NCBI GenBank assembly: GCA_034780895.1
Contig: JAUZTB010000002.1
Coordinates: 43,714,854-43,778,853 of the forward strand
DNA from: Rhynchobatus australiae
Lineage: Eukaryota
Direction of reading: 5' to 3'
DNA length: 64,000 nucleotides
Numbering within the stretch: position 1 is the stretch's first letter; every line of letters begins with the position of its first letter. The notes under the pieces were generated by a model. That model was not told where the DNA came from. It made no database searches and saw only the letters and a list, made by a program, of their open reading frames with translations. This document shows, piece by piece, positions 13,250 to 26,235 of this stretch. The position numbers were made by a program, and so were the translations under genes.

Positions 13250-14975
13250 TTAAAGAGTACAGAGAGAGATACATAAAGCAAATGAACGTGTTACTGGAGA
13301 GATGGTGCAGAAAGCAAGACTTTAAATTCCTGAGGAATTGGGACTATTTCTGGAGGGAAGGAGATGGGACTTCTGCAAGCCAGACGGGTTACAGCTCAAC
13401 AGCAATGGAGCCACCATCTCATTAGCCAAGAGTGAAGTACTCCCAAAGACTGGAGGATATTTAATGTGGTCCCCATGTTCAAAAAACCTGGAAACAGGCC
13501 TGTGAGCCTTACATCAGCGGTAGGGAAGTTGTCAGAGAAGATCCTGAGGGACAGGAGTTATGTTCACTTGGAAATGCAGGGACTGATTAGGAGGAATCAG
13601 CATGATTTTAATGAGGTGAGATTACATCTCACAAATCTGATTGAGTTTTATTGAGGANNNNNNNNNNNNNNNNNNNNNNNNNNNNNNNNNNNNNNNNNNN
13701 NNNNNNNNNNNNNNNNNNNNNNNNNNNNNNNNNNNNNNNNNNNNNNNNNNNNNNNNNNNNNNNNNNNNNNNNNNNNNNNNNNNNNNNNNNNNNNNNNNNN
13801 NNNNNNNNNNNNNNNNNNNNNNNNNNNNNNNNNNNNNNNNNNNNNNNNNNNNNNNNNNNNNNNNNNNNNNNNNNNNNNNNNNNNNNNNNNNNNNNNNNNN
13901 NNNNNNNNNNNNNNNNNNNNNNNNNNNNNNNNNNNNNNNNNNNNNNNNNNNNNNNNNNNNNNNNNNNNNNNNNNNNNNNNNNNNNNNNNNNNNNNNNNNN
14001 NNNNNNNNNNNNNNNNNNNNNNNNNNNNNNNNNNNNNNNNNNNNNNNNNNNNNNNNNNNNNNNNNNNNNNNNNNNNNNNNNNNNNNNNNNNNNNNNNNNN
14101 NNNNNNNNNNNNNNNNNNNNNNNNNNNNNNNNNNNNNNNNNNNNNNNNNNNNNNNNNNNNNNNNNNNNNNNNNNNNNNNNNNNNNNNNNNNNNNNNNCAG
14201 GATAATTTTCTACATTTCCAGCCAATAAGGAAAGAGACATTGCTGGATCTTTTCTGGGGAATAAGATGGGTTAAGTGCACCAAGTTTTGGTAGGGGGGAC
14301 ATTTAGGAAATAGTGATCATAACATCATAAGATTTAGGTTAGTTGTAGAAAAAGGAACAATCTAAAGTAAAAATAATTAATTGAGAGAAAGCCATTTTCA
14401 ATGGTATGAGAGTGGATCTGGCACAGGAAAACTGAATGGGCTTTCTTTATGAGGTGACTTTATGAGGCGACTTTATGAGGCATATTCCATGATGGGTAAA
14501 GAAAGAACAAACAAATCCAGAACTCGCCCGAGGGCAAAAAAAAAGAGGAAAATTAAACAAAAAGGTTGCTTATGACAGGTGTTGTAAGAGCCAGTGATAA
14601 AAATGTATAAAATTATGAGAGGCATAGATAGGGTAGGCAGGCTGTATCTTTTTCCGAGGGTTGAAATGCCTAATACCAGGGAGTATGCATTTAAGGTAAG
14701 AGGGAGAAAGTTCAAAGGAGATGGACAGGGGAAGTTTGTTTTTAATTACACAGAGTGTGGTGGGTGCCCCGAATGAGCTGCCATGGGTAGTGGTGGTGGA
14801 GGCAGCTTCAATAGAGACATTTAAGAGGCTCTTAAATTGGCACCTGAATATGCAGAGGATGGAGGGATATGGATCATGTGCAGGCAGAAGGGGTTAGTTT
14901 AATTAGGCATCATTAGCTTAATTAGTTCAGCATAACACCATGGGCTGAGGGGCCTGTTCCTGTGCTGTGCTATTT
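13250..14975 (+). mobile_element. CR1-like LINE fragments around a gap
   Basis: VPMFKK..NRPVSLTSAVGKL.E.ILRD...NQH.F (RT N-terminal part), HLGNSDH (APE end), and MYKIMRGIDRV...FKVRG with 3' tail. Confidence 0.8.
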
Positions 14976-16614
14976 TCTGTATACTTCACAGGCAAGTATT
15001 CAGAGAAAACTATCACATATAAAGTCAGAGCTGCAAGGGAGGAAACTTAAAATCCCAGGTCAGAGATCAAGTGATGTTATAAACCGCTAGAGAATTTGCT
15101 GCTGTAGTCTGTTATTGCATTCTTAGGATCAATTTGCAGCTTTGCAATATACTCAAGACTCGGCAGTTATAAACTACAAAAATCAAAACCAAGTAAATAG
15201 CTAATACAAAATGGACAATATTCTCAACATCTTCAAACATTATTCATAATATTTGACATCTGTATCTCATTCACCAGAAAGAAATCAGTTTCTAACATCT
15301 GCCATGCGCTTTAGACAGTACAATCTTTTACCCTCCCCCCATTTCCTCTTGTTAACCAAAACTTCTATCTTTTCAAAACCATCAAAAACATGCCCTTAAC
15401 AAACAAGATGAACCGTCAAACATATTGCTAATCAGGACCACTTGGATTAAAATTTAAAAACAAAACCCAGTGAGGAGCTGACTTACTTGCTTTCCTCATT
15501 GTCTCCGCATAGCTTTACTTCGAATTGTAATTCAGTTCATCAGGAAGTTGTGGTGCTCGGGTAAGTTGCAAAAGTCTTTAGACAGGAACTCCTATTTCAG
15601 TCACTCACTGCAACAAATACATTTCATGGGCACAAAAAAAGATGCAGTTTTTCAAAATCAGAAGAAGTTAACAGAACATTATCACCTTTGATACCCATAG
15701 TTATTCAATAGCCAAGTTGTCAAATGCAGCCTGTGCTAGCTTTAGAGATCAGCAATGTGAAGCAGCTAGAAGAGGCTACAATGCCAGGTGTTGCTTTTTA
15801 GGGGGATTAGTTCAATTAGACAATGTGACATAAATTGCAAGTGCAGCATGTTAAACTGTTGGCTTCATTGCAAAAAGGTTTATTGAACTTTTATTTACTC
15901 TAGGGACAGAGAAGGACCAATAGAGTCACAAATCATTTTTGGGGTTATATTTATACAGAAATTGCATAAATGAGTTAGATTTTCACTGAAAATTAAAGGG
16001 CTTGTAAAATCTTGTGCTCTGGGCCACTGTTGCATTGGAGTAGCATCTCAGCCCACTCCTACTCACTCTTCTATCCTGCTGGAGTGCCTGCCAGCAGTTC
16101 CTTACCTAGCTTGTTACATAATCATCCTGGCTCAGGGAGAGAATGGCTGGTTTCCCACTCAATGTCTCTCCTTCCCACAGCTATCATTTCCCCCATCAGT
16201 GTTAGTACATCACCCCTGAGGTATCTGCAATAAGCTCTTGAAGAATGGTGGGTGGCTCTGTCCCCTACCTGTTTTTCTTCTGCAATGCCACAAATATCTA
16301 CCATTTAAGGTGGCAGCAGAAATCTTCGAGCAATGTGGCCAGAATTATCCACATCTACACTCCCCCTTCAACCAGGTTTAATCCCCTGGGTCAATAATAA
16401 TGGTATAGTGAGGGTTCTCCCAGGTCAAGAGGTGACAGGTATGGTGCAATCTGATTCTGCAGATAACCCACAGTGCCTCATAGTAGCCCTGTTGAAGTTG
16501 CTTGATTTCATTTCAATCTATTGTACTGAATACAACGATACTGGCCCACAACACAGGGCGTGTACTACAGTGTGATGACAGGATTTTGATCCCACAAGGA
16601 TTGTGTCCTGGTCA

Positions 16615-17432
16615 TTCTTAAAGCTGCGTCACAGGTAAACAGGGTAGTGAAAGAGGCTTTTAGTGCACTGGCTTTAATCAGTCAGGGCATTGAGTATAGT
16701 TGGGATATTACATTGCAGTTGCACAAGTTGTTAGTGAGGCCACACTTGGAGTATTGTGTATAGTTTTGGTCACCCTGTTGTAGGAAAGATGTGGTTAAAC
16801 TGGAAAGCGTGCAGAAAAGATTTACAAGGATGTTGCCAGGACTAGAGGTCCTAAGTTATCGGGAGAGGTTGGCCAGGCTAGGTCTTTATTCCTTGGAATG
16901 TTGGAGAATGAGGGGCAACTGTATAGAAGTGTTTAAGGTTGTGAGAGGCAGAGATAAGGTGGATGGTACAAGTCTTTTCCCTGGAATAGGGGAGTCCAAA
17001 ACTAGGAGGCATAGATTTAGTGTGAGAGGGGAAAGATTTAAAAGGGACCTGAGGGGCAACTTTTTCATGCAGAGGGTGNNNNNNNNNNNNNNNNNNNNNN
17101 NNNNNNNNNNNNNNNNNNNNNNNNNNNNNNNNNNNNNNNNNNNNNNNNNNNNNNNNNNNNNNNNNNNNNNNNNNNNNNAATTCATTGATGCCAAAAGATT
17201 AGGGGAAAGATTTAAAAGGGACCTGAGGAGAAACTTCTTCATGCAGACGGCGGCAAGAGGAAGTGGTTGAAGCGGGTACAATAGTATAATTTTAAGAAGC
17301 ACTTGGATAGGTACAATGGAGGGACAGGGCTGAGAGGGATATGTGCTGAATGCAGGATGGGTAGGCACCATGGTCGGCACCAACTGGTTGAGCCAAAGGG
17401 CCTGTATTCGTGCTGTATTGCTCTATGACTCT
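16615..17432 (+). mobile_element. CR1-like LINE 3' portion
   Basis: [36 protein letters not shown]...FFMQRV; tail tgctgtattgctctatgactct. Confidence 0.9.
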
Positions 17433-17451
17433 AAGTAAATGTAAATCATAA

Positions 17452-17690
17452 AAAAAACTGCAGGTGCTGGAAATCTGAAATAAAAATAAAGTACTCAAAA
17501 CATTCAACAGATCAGGCAACATCAGTAGAAAGAGAAACAGAGTTAACATTTCAAACCAACTTAAAGCTAACTTGGTTTCTCTCTTTCCAAGTTCTGGTGA
17601 AGAGTCCTTGACCCGAAATATGAACTCTGTTTTTCTTTCCACAGATGCTGCTTGACCTCCTGTGTATTTCCAGCATTTTCTGCTTTTATG
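17452..17690. mobile_element. Short Penelope-derived fold-back (inverted pseudo-LTRs)
   Basis: Left arm ctgcaggtgctggaaatctg...gaaacagagttaacatttc is complementary to right arm gaaatatgaactctgttt...ccagcattttc. Decayed hammerhead core at about 17594-17618. Confidence 0.7.
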
Positions 17691-18119
17691 GTCATTTGTA
17701 TCAATGCTGTCAAGAGCAAGTGTCTGTCTGGCAATAGATTGATGAGAATAGGTTTCTCCCCTGTCCTTGTTCTCTCACCACCAGCTACTGATGGTCAGTT
17801 TGGTCAACAGTGGCCCTACTGAGTTACTCTTGTCGATGGATCTTGCTGATCCCATCTAGTGTACATTCTGTACCATTGACACATTCAGTGGTTCAGCCAA
17901 GTGATATTCAACATGGAGAAATGCTCATTTTAATCAGGGGTTTAAGGCAGGAGGGTTCCTTGTTTATGTTTGACCTGATAACTTGCAACTATGTGGTTCA
18001 TAATCATAGCTGAGAACTCCAAGGTCCATTCTCTGCAGAGTGGTGAAAAGTCTGGAATGTTGGCTGAAATGTGTGTGTGTAGAACAATATCAGGCTAGTG
18101 CTTGATCAGTCTTTGGAAC

Positions 18120-18506
18120 TGTTCTGTGAAAGTCGACCCATGCTGTAATAAAGCAGACAACAGCAGAACCCAGGAATGTATAATTAATGCTTTATTACCT
18201 TAACGCCAGCAGGAGTGAGGGATACAGAGAAAGAATTCAGTGTAATCTGAGCTCTATACCAATCCCCACTCAGAGATTTACGGGTTAGTGTCCCTCCTTT
18301 TATACTTAATCAGTGGGAAGCCTCCATGGGAAGTTGCACATGCTAGGGTAGTTGCTTACAGCAAGCTTTTAGCAAAACAAGGTATGTCTTAGGTACTTCT
18401 TTTTCTCACCAGCACCTGTACATTTTACAGTCATAACTATAGTCATACCATGGTTAAGGCAATATCACACAATAGTGGGACCATAGTCACACCATTAACC
18501 CTTACA
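18120..18506 (-). mobile_element. Possible solo LTR
   Basis: On the minus strand: TGTAAGGG start, TATAAAA near 18300, AATAAA near 18195, ...AACA end. No TSD found. Confidence 0.3.
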
Positions 18507-18689
18507 TTTCCTGTTACCTTTTACATTCTTCCAGCTTTGGCTCAAATCCACAGATGTTAGTTTGGATGACTTGAGAAGGTTGATATTTTGTTTTGATCCA
18601 TTCATCTTTTTCCTTACTTTTGTTTCTCATCATTATTTGATCTTTTATTGGGATCTGGGCATGCTATTCAAAGCAGCATTTATTACATG

Positions 18690-19800
18690 TCACTAATTAC
18701 ACAAGAAAGTAGTGGTGAGCCACTTTCTCGAACCAGCATAATACTGTTGTGTTGGGAGTTCAAGGATTTAGACAGAATGGTGATATATTTCCAGATCAGG
18801 ATTGTATGCAACCTTGAAAGCAACATACAAGTGGTGATCTGTACAGCAACTTGCTGGTTTAGTTCTACTTGATGGTCGAGGTTGCAGGTTGGGAAGGAGC
18901 TGCCAGTTGGCTGAGGAGAATTACACAGTGAAGCCTCTGTGTGGAGGTAGAGGGAATTAATGTTAAGGGTTGTGACAAATAAGTGAGCTGCTTTGTTCTG
19001 GATGGTGTTGAGCTTCTCGAGTGCTGGGGTTGCAGTTCTGCAGACAAATGGACAGTATTCCATCTTGCTGCTTCCTGATTGTGACTTGTAAATTATGAAA
19101 AGGCTTAGAGTATCAGGAGGAGAGTCACCCAGCCTCCAACCTGCTCTTATAGTCACAGTAGTTATGCAACTTGTTCATTTGTGTTTCTCAGAGGCATACC
19201 CATGCCAACCATCAAGTACCATGTATATGCATCTCATTTTCTAGCTGTAATGCCTTCGTTGCCTTGACAATTCAAGTGGTTCTGGTCAATGATAAGCCCC
19301 AGGAAGTCATTGGTTAGGGACTTGGCAATGATAATGCCATTGAATATCAAGGATATGTGGCTAGATCTCTCCTGCTGGAGATGCTCATCACGTAGGACTT
19401 TTGGGGAACAAATGTTTTTTGTCATTTTTCAGCCCATGCCTGAATGTTGCCTTCATAAGGCTTTTCTTCANNNNNNNNNNCTGAACAGCTGCAAGTTCAA
19501 TTGAGTAGTTTGTAATTATCAGCAAACATCCTCACTTCTGAACTTGTGATGGAAGTAAAATCAGCTGAAGATGGTTGGACCTAGGACATTACCCTGAGAA
19601 ACTCTTGCATTGTTGTCCTGGGGCTTGGATGAGGGATCTCCAATAAAGTCAACCATCTTACTTTGTGCAAAGTACTACTCTAATCACTGTCATCTATTTC
19701 CTCTAATGTCTATTGACTTCAGACCTATCAGGGTGCCTTGATGCCACACTTGGTCAAATGCAAGTTAACATCAAGGGCAGTCACTCTTGCCTCATCACTG
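18690..19800 (-). mobile_element. Old non-LTR retrotransposon (CR1/L2-group) RT C-terminal remnant
   Basis: IYKSQ...MEYCP....A.P.LEKL.TIQNKAA.L....NI.SL and DFLGLIIDQ motifs, with many stops. Related fragment at about 59620-59880. Confidence 0.7.
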
Positions 19801-20794
19801 ATACAAATGAATGACTTTTTCAGCCACTTGGTAGCAATATTAAGATTTAGCTGCATTGTTGCAAGTCTAAAATCACGTGGAGGCCTCACCAATTAAAGAT
19901 GGCAATTTCCTTCCCTGTAATTCATAAGTGAACCAGATGGAATAAATTCATGGTGCACACTCCTGATAATTTTTTTTTAAATTTCAGATTTAGTTAACTA
20001 AACATAAAATTTTTCAGCTGCTTTAGTGGAAATTGAATATGTCCCAGGATTACTTGTCCAGACTTATTTACTAAACCCCAATACTATAATCATTATACTT
20101 CTGTACCAGGTAGAATTGAGATGGGTTATTTCTCAAACAGTGCCCAAGTAACCTACCAGCAGTTAAAATCAGAACAGCTTGCACTTATTCCATACCTTTA
20201 GAACAAGAAAATAACCCATAGTCATTACCAATGAGTTTGACACAGACAATATTAATAAATATGAGGTGTTCAAATATGTGGTGTATTTTTAAGAAGTCTT
20301 GAAGGAGAAAGGAGGGAGAAAGTGAATGGAGGAAGGCAGAAAGGTTTAGGGAGGGACGACTTGGGTCTAGTGCTTCTGCAAATGAAACTATGTGCAAAGA
20401 GATGTGCCCCACTTCCAGACTCTCTGTTCTGAGCAGAGTCCTGCTCTGATTGGGCAGAGTTGATTCCAAGAAGAGGACAGAACAGCCATTGCAAGTTGGG
20501 TTTTGTCAGCCACTCTCAGTTTTAGTCCTGGATAATGAAACAATGGCCGTTTATTCTGGGTCATGCTGTACCAAAACCCTATTATCAACCCAATTCTAAG
20601 AGGTCAACTGTTGTGTGGGTTCAGGACACAGAAAACCCCTCTCATGAGGGCAGAAAGTTATTCCCCAGTAGGGCTTCTCAGGCACATTGTTCACATATAC
20701 TCCACAGCATTCTATCCCAGATTCCTCCTTCAACTTCTTAAGGATCATCTGTATCAGACCTGAGACACAAGGAAAGTCAGGCTAGAGTGAACTT

Positions 20795-20864
20795 TTAAAG
20801 GTGAATTTAGAAAGCCATGGTGAGCACCACAACATAGCACCAGGCTTTCTAAATTCACCTTTAA
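20795..20864. mobile_element. Kolobok-like mini MITE: TTAA|AGGTGAATTTAGAAAGCC...GGCTTTCTAAATTCACCT|TTAA
   Basis: Perfect 18-bp inverted repeats (20799-20816 and 20843-20860) flanked by TTAA on both sides. Confidence 0.6.
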
Positions 20865-22959
20865 CGTGGTCACCAGGGAACAGCACTGGGTTGTTAAAGT
20901 AAAAAGAAATATCTAATGTTTCTGTTAATGTTCTGCATAATAAATAATATTTAGAGCACATGAAAGATTTATTTCCTTATCAGCTTCATATAATAGTGCA
21001 GTTTAACTAAGTCAATGTGTTCTTGGAGCTCATTCATCACTAGTAAGGCAGATTTCAGTTAAATGGTGGTTAGATGCTAGTAGATTAAGGACAGTTGCTG
21101 AAGGATGCTTTCCAGTTAAGAAGGATTACCTCACTGCTTTGATGTATGTGAGCCTGAGATGACTTAAGACTGTTCCCATATCTGCCATTTAATTCTACTA
21201 ATGAATGAGTATGGCCTCAGAAATTCTGTTGCTTTCTCTCTCCTGCTCTGCTTGATACACTCCACAAATATTTGAAGAGCACTCTCTCAAAAGAGGGNNN
21301 NNNNNNNNNNNNNNATAATGCAAACAACATACCATAGTCAAATGTTTCATTAACTCAATGCTGCTAATCCTCCAGAAACCTGCACTTCTGTGATCTTGTG
21401 ATAGCTGCATGGCCAAGTCAGTTGCTTGAACAGAAGTGCACCAGGTGATCATTCACTTTTGATTAGCCTGAATGGAGTGTAATGTGATAAAGCTAGACAA
21501 GGCCCTCTATCATTAGATGCTTATTAGGTTTCTTGCACTGACCAATAGTTCAATGACTTCAATTGCAACTCATTACTCAAAGTGAGTTCAACAAGAATTC
21601 TTTCATTGGTAATTAAGAAGGGAATTCATTGGCTTGTAATCTTAACCCTTTAGGTGCAGCTCCCCAAACCTGTACCTGCCATTTTGTAGCTTATATTGTA
21701 ATGTTCATTACTCTCAGCTTCTTTGTTTCCTGTGGTAATTGTCAGTCATCATTGCAGGTCAATGAAATATGGTGGTAACGTGTTTAACTAGTGGTAACAA
21801 CAGTAGGGTAGATATCTTCAGGAAGTTAGACAATGTTCAGTGGACTCTAAATGATGTGCTATCCTTTCAAATCAAGTAAAATATTGGTCATAAGGCATTT
21901 GATTGATAGTTTCTTGAGACCTGCATGATGGAAGAGGATGCCCCCTTCCTGGATCACTCCAGTGTTTTCTGCTGCACTCTGTTGTTGAATAGACAAGAAG
22001 TGAGGGGGACAGTCAATGATCATTATGCTTTCATGAGAATTGTCTCTTGATCAGGAAATCTGTGAACTGTGGGATCAAGTGTTGTCTCCCTCTTGTGCTG
22101 ACGTATGTTGCCAAGGCACCTCACCTTGTGGCATTTCCTGTCTCTTGTCTCTGTACTGCTGCCACCCTTGCTCTTGGAACCTATAGCCCTCTGGCCCCTC
22201 ATCTCCCGGTTGGTCTTCCTCAGGCACGGATTGTGCCTTCCTGTTTGTGGGATACTGTAACATGCAGGAAATACTTGCATGTCTCCACACCTTTTGGGTG
22301 TAGATTGGAGTGTGCCCCTGGTCAGTAAAATCTCATCATGAAATGACCTATGATATTTTCTATTTCTGTCCTGGTAACACCATGACTCTCATTGTACCAG
22401 CACTCAGAAGAAGTCTTCAGAATGCACATAGCTTCAGAAGCCATGACCCTTACCTTCTAAGGTCCAACCCTCAATACAGTGCTATTTGGTTAAGGTGTCT
22501 AGAAAAGTGGATTTTTTAAGAATAAAGGAGTCACGTAAGCTTCTAGAAAACTTAGCATTGATCATGGAGTAACTTCTCATTGTGATCAATAATTAATAGG
22601 ATGTTGAGTGTGCAGAAGCCCTTCCTATTTATGAAGGCTGAAATGAGGGGCAGGGTGAGGCAAGGGTAACTTTTATGAGTAGATGAGTGCAGCTGATAAT
22701 CAGGAGATTCTGCGAAGTTAGTAAATCCCTGCTAACAACTCTGNNNNNNNNNNNNNNNNNNNNNNNNNNNNNNNNNNNNNNNNNNNNNNNNNNNNNNNNN
22801 NNNNNNNNNNNNNNNNNNNNNNNNNNNNNNNNNNNNNNNNNNNGGGAACTACTTTGTATTTGCAATATTATACACAGTAACAAGAGGACTACTTTGTATT
22901 TGTATTGTTATTGAATGTCTTTCTAAGATGCATTGAATTCTTTTCAACGAGACCTTTGA

Positions 22960-23450
22960 CTTTTATTTTAACATAAAATCAAAGTTTCTCCTCCTTGAAC
23001 AAAAAGCTTGAGTGACCTCACCAACACTGTGGTGGGCATCAAACTGTGATATTTGACATGGGTCCAGATGGATGCTTGGAATGAAGCTTGGAAACTATAA
23101 GTGGCCATGATCTCAAAGTAGACAATGAGAGTTGTCCTATCTGAATGTGTGGCTGAGGGTTGTCCTACAAAATGATACCTATCTTAGCACTGGCAGCATT
23201 TGAAAATCCAAGCCTGCATAGATGTTGCTCCAATGGAAAGATCAAGGTTGGATCTTGTGTCTCTGAAAATTCTCTGTGGCTGGAGACTTTGGATCTTTCC
23301 TTCCTGCACACAGACCTCCTTGCTAGGCTTAGTTTAAGCTTCAACTCAGCAAGCAGAAGACCACTATGGCATCCATGAAATCGTTTGATCAATAGCTACA
23401 TTCTCCAAAAAGCTATCTAAGTATAAAGAGCTCTTTGGCAGGTGTGTGAG
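22960..23450 (-). mobile_element. Possible heavily decayed Gypsy-type RT/RNase H remnant
   Basis: Weak resemblance only: LYLDS, AELKLKLSLARRSVCRKE...DPT compared with LIYLDD...AGLKLN..KC.F...P.P. Confidence 0.25.
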
Positions 23451-24107
23451 GAGTCTCCAGAAAGTGTTGGTGTTACCTGGTAAACTTCCTGATGTCAGCA
23501 AGGTGGGCCTTTTAATGGAGCAACACACTGCTGCTCCACTGTGGGGCCTTTTAATGGTGTCTGAATGTAGATCACAGCAAGTTTTGCTCCTTTTTATTGT
23601 CACTACCAAAATACAGTAGCATTCTCCACCTTGGAGCTATAATTTATGTCAGACTAGAAATAAACATTGCAATAATGGCTGACATCATTAGGTACTCATC
23701 TAATGCTGGGGAAACATCATGAATGTTAGTGTGGATTTCCACTGGAAGTTCCCAGGTAAGTTTTAGGTTTGGCAAGCAACATCAGTTACCCTGACTTAAA
23801 TAAGTTATTGTTCACAGATTGCAAAATAAAACGCACCTTTTTGATATATTATTTTTCATATGGAAAGAAAAAAAGTGAGTCATTTCATGTGTGCCAAAGT
23901 CCTTGTATGATGAATGTATGAATTACGTTTATATAGGACAATTTTCAAAATCCCAAAGCACTTAAAAACCAGTGAAGTTTTTTTTGAAGTGNNNNNNNNN
24001 NNNNNNNNNNNNNNNNNNNNNNNNNNNNNNNNNNNNNNNNNNNNNNNNNNNNNNNNNNNNNNNNNNNNNNNNNNNNNNNNNNNNNNNNNNNTCATGTTTG
24101 CAGAAAA

Positions 24108-24680
24108 TGCACCTAATTGAATACAGAAGAGAGACTGCAGATGCTGGAAATCTGAAGCAACACACACGAAATGCTGGAGCAACTCAGCAGGTCAGGCAGC
24201 ATCTGTTGGAGGGAGATGAACTTCCAGAGGGAGGAAGGTTTGGATGAGGGACAGGTCAGGAGGGCTGGGACCCCCCCAACGTCTTCCTCTCTCTGGTTCC
24301 CCATCTCCTTTCTTTTATTCCATGGCCTATTGTCCTCTCCTATCAGATTCCATCTTGTTCAACCCTTTCCCTCTTCCATCTATCACCTTCCAGCTTCTCA
24401 CATCATTCCCACTCGTCCCCCAACATACCTATCTTCCCCCCCTCACCTGTATTCATCTACCACCCGCCAACTTGTGGTCCTCTCCCTACCCTCCACCCCT
24501 TTTATTTTGGCTTCTGCCTTTTTTCATTTCTGTGATGAATGGTCTCGTCTCGAAATGTCTCGACTGTTCATTTCCCTTCAATAGATACTGCCTGACCTGC
24601 TGATTTCCTCCAGCATTTCATGTGTGTTGCTTCAGATTTCCAGCATCTGCAGTCTCTCTTGCATATTCATTTAAGTGCAA
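24108..24680. mobile_element. Penelope-derived fold-back element with about 105-bp inverted arms
   Basis: 24108-24214 (tgcacctaattgaatacagaagagagactgcagatgctggaaatctgaagcaacacac...) is the near reverse complement of 24572-24680. CT-rich core, with a decayed hammerhead at about 24530-24568. Confidence 0.85.
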
Positions 24681-24959
24681 TTACTGCAAGCATGAGAGTT
24701 AGTTACTCAGATTTATGCCAGCATTTTGTGTGTGTTGCACTTAAATATGTGTTCAAATTTAAACCAAATAAAATTATTCATCTTAATTGAGAATGCATGA
24801 AACAAAGGCAATTCCTGAACTGTGGGGAAGTTAAAAAAAAACATTTTAAAAGCTCCATTGATGTAAAATCAGGCACTGTATCTTTGATTTTTGACTTCAA
24901 GACCATACCTGAAATTCTGCACAGTAGCTTAGATGTTAAAAGAAAACATGCCAATGTAA

Positions 24960-26235
24960 ATTGGTAAATTAGTTTATTATTGTCACATGTACCGAGGTTC
25001 AGAGAAAAAATTCGTTTTATATGCTACCCATACAGATCATTTTATCACAGCAGTGTATTGAGGTAGTACAAGGGAAAACAATAACCAAATGCAAAATAAC
25101 GTGTTACAGTTACAGAGAAAGTGCAGTTCAGGCAGAAAATAAGGTGCAAGGCCATAATGGGGTAGATTGTGAGGTCAAGTGTCAATCTTATCGTATTAGG
25201 GGACTGTTCAATAGTCCTATAACTGTGGGATAGAAGCTGTCCTTGGGCCTGGTAGTACATGCTTTCTGGCTTTTGTATCTTTTTTCCAATGGGAGGGAGG
25301 AGAAGAGAGAATGTCCGGGGTGGGTGGGATCTATGATTATGCTAGCTGCTTTACTGAGGAAGCGAAAAGTATAGACAGAGTCCATGGAGGGGAGTCTGGT
25401 TTCCGTGATGTGCTGAGCTGTGTCCACAACTCTCTGCAGTTTCTTGCAGTCTTGGGCAAAGCAGTTGTCCTGGTTAGGACGCTTTCTATGATGCATCAAT
25501 AAAAATTAGTGAGAGTGAAAGAGGACATGTCAAAGCGGACCTGCCAAATTTCTTCAGCCTCCTGAGGAAGTAGAGGCACCGGTGCACTTTCTTGTCCATG
25601 GCATCTATGTGCTTGGAGCAGGACAGGCTATTGGTGATGTTCACTCCTGGGAACTTGAGGCTCTCAACCCTCTTGACTTCAGAACTGTTGATGCAAACAG
25701 GAGTGTGTACACTGCCCCCTTTCCTGAAGTCAATGACCAGCTCTTTTATTTTGCTGACATTGAGGGAAAGGTTGTTGTCATGACACCGTACCACTAGGCT
25801 CTCTATCTCCTTCCTATAGTCCAACTCATCATTATTTGAGATTCGACCCACCATGGTGGTGCCATCTGCAAATTTGTAGATGAAGTTAGAGCAGAATCTG
25901 GTCATGCAGTCATGAGTGTAAAGGGAGTAAAGTAGGGGCTGAGGATGCAGCTTGTGGGGCACCAGTATTGAGAATAATCATGCTGGAGGTGTTGCTACCC
26001 ATCCTCACTAACTGCGGTCTGTTGGTCAGGAAGTCAAGGATCCAGTTGCAAAGAGAAGTGTTAAGCCCCAGGTCTAGGAGTTTGCAGATAAGTTTGCTTG
26101 GAATTATCATATTGAAGGCGGAGCTGTAATCAATAAACAATAGTCTAGCATCAGTGTCTTTACTGTCCAGATGCTCCAGAGATAAGTGTAGGGCTGGGGA
26201 GATGATATCCACCACCACCTGTTTTGGTGGTAGGA
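24960..26235 (-). mobile_element. Rex1/Babar (L2-group) LINE RT fragment with 3' end
   Basis: [18 protein letters not shown]...NTGAPQ, KFADGTT (FADD), KELVIDFRK. Same family as 7497-8722. Confidence 0.9.

Noticed and set aside
11654-14283. Long ORFs of 180-330 aa in the track
   Set aside because: Composed almost entirely of N-gap translation.
14445-14481. 13-bp unit repeated three times (ctttatgaggyga); similar short duplications at about 22845-22905, 23503-23557 and 30281-30330
   Set aside because: Ordinary slippage duplications with no further structure.
16100-16480. Possible Gypsy integrase zinc-finger remnant on the minus strand (QGIK...WP...ICGI)
   Set aside because: Resemblance is spread across frames and too weak to support without a profile search.
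17028-17250. Apparent tandem duplication within a CR1 across a gap
   Set aside because: Spans a 100-N gap inside a high-copy repeat. Cannot be distinguished from misjoining of two copies.
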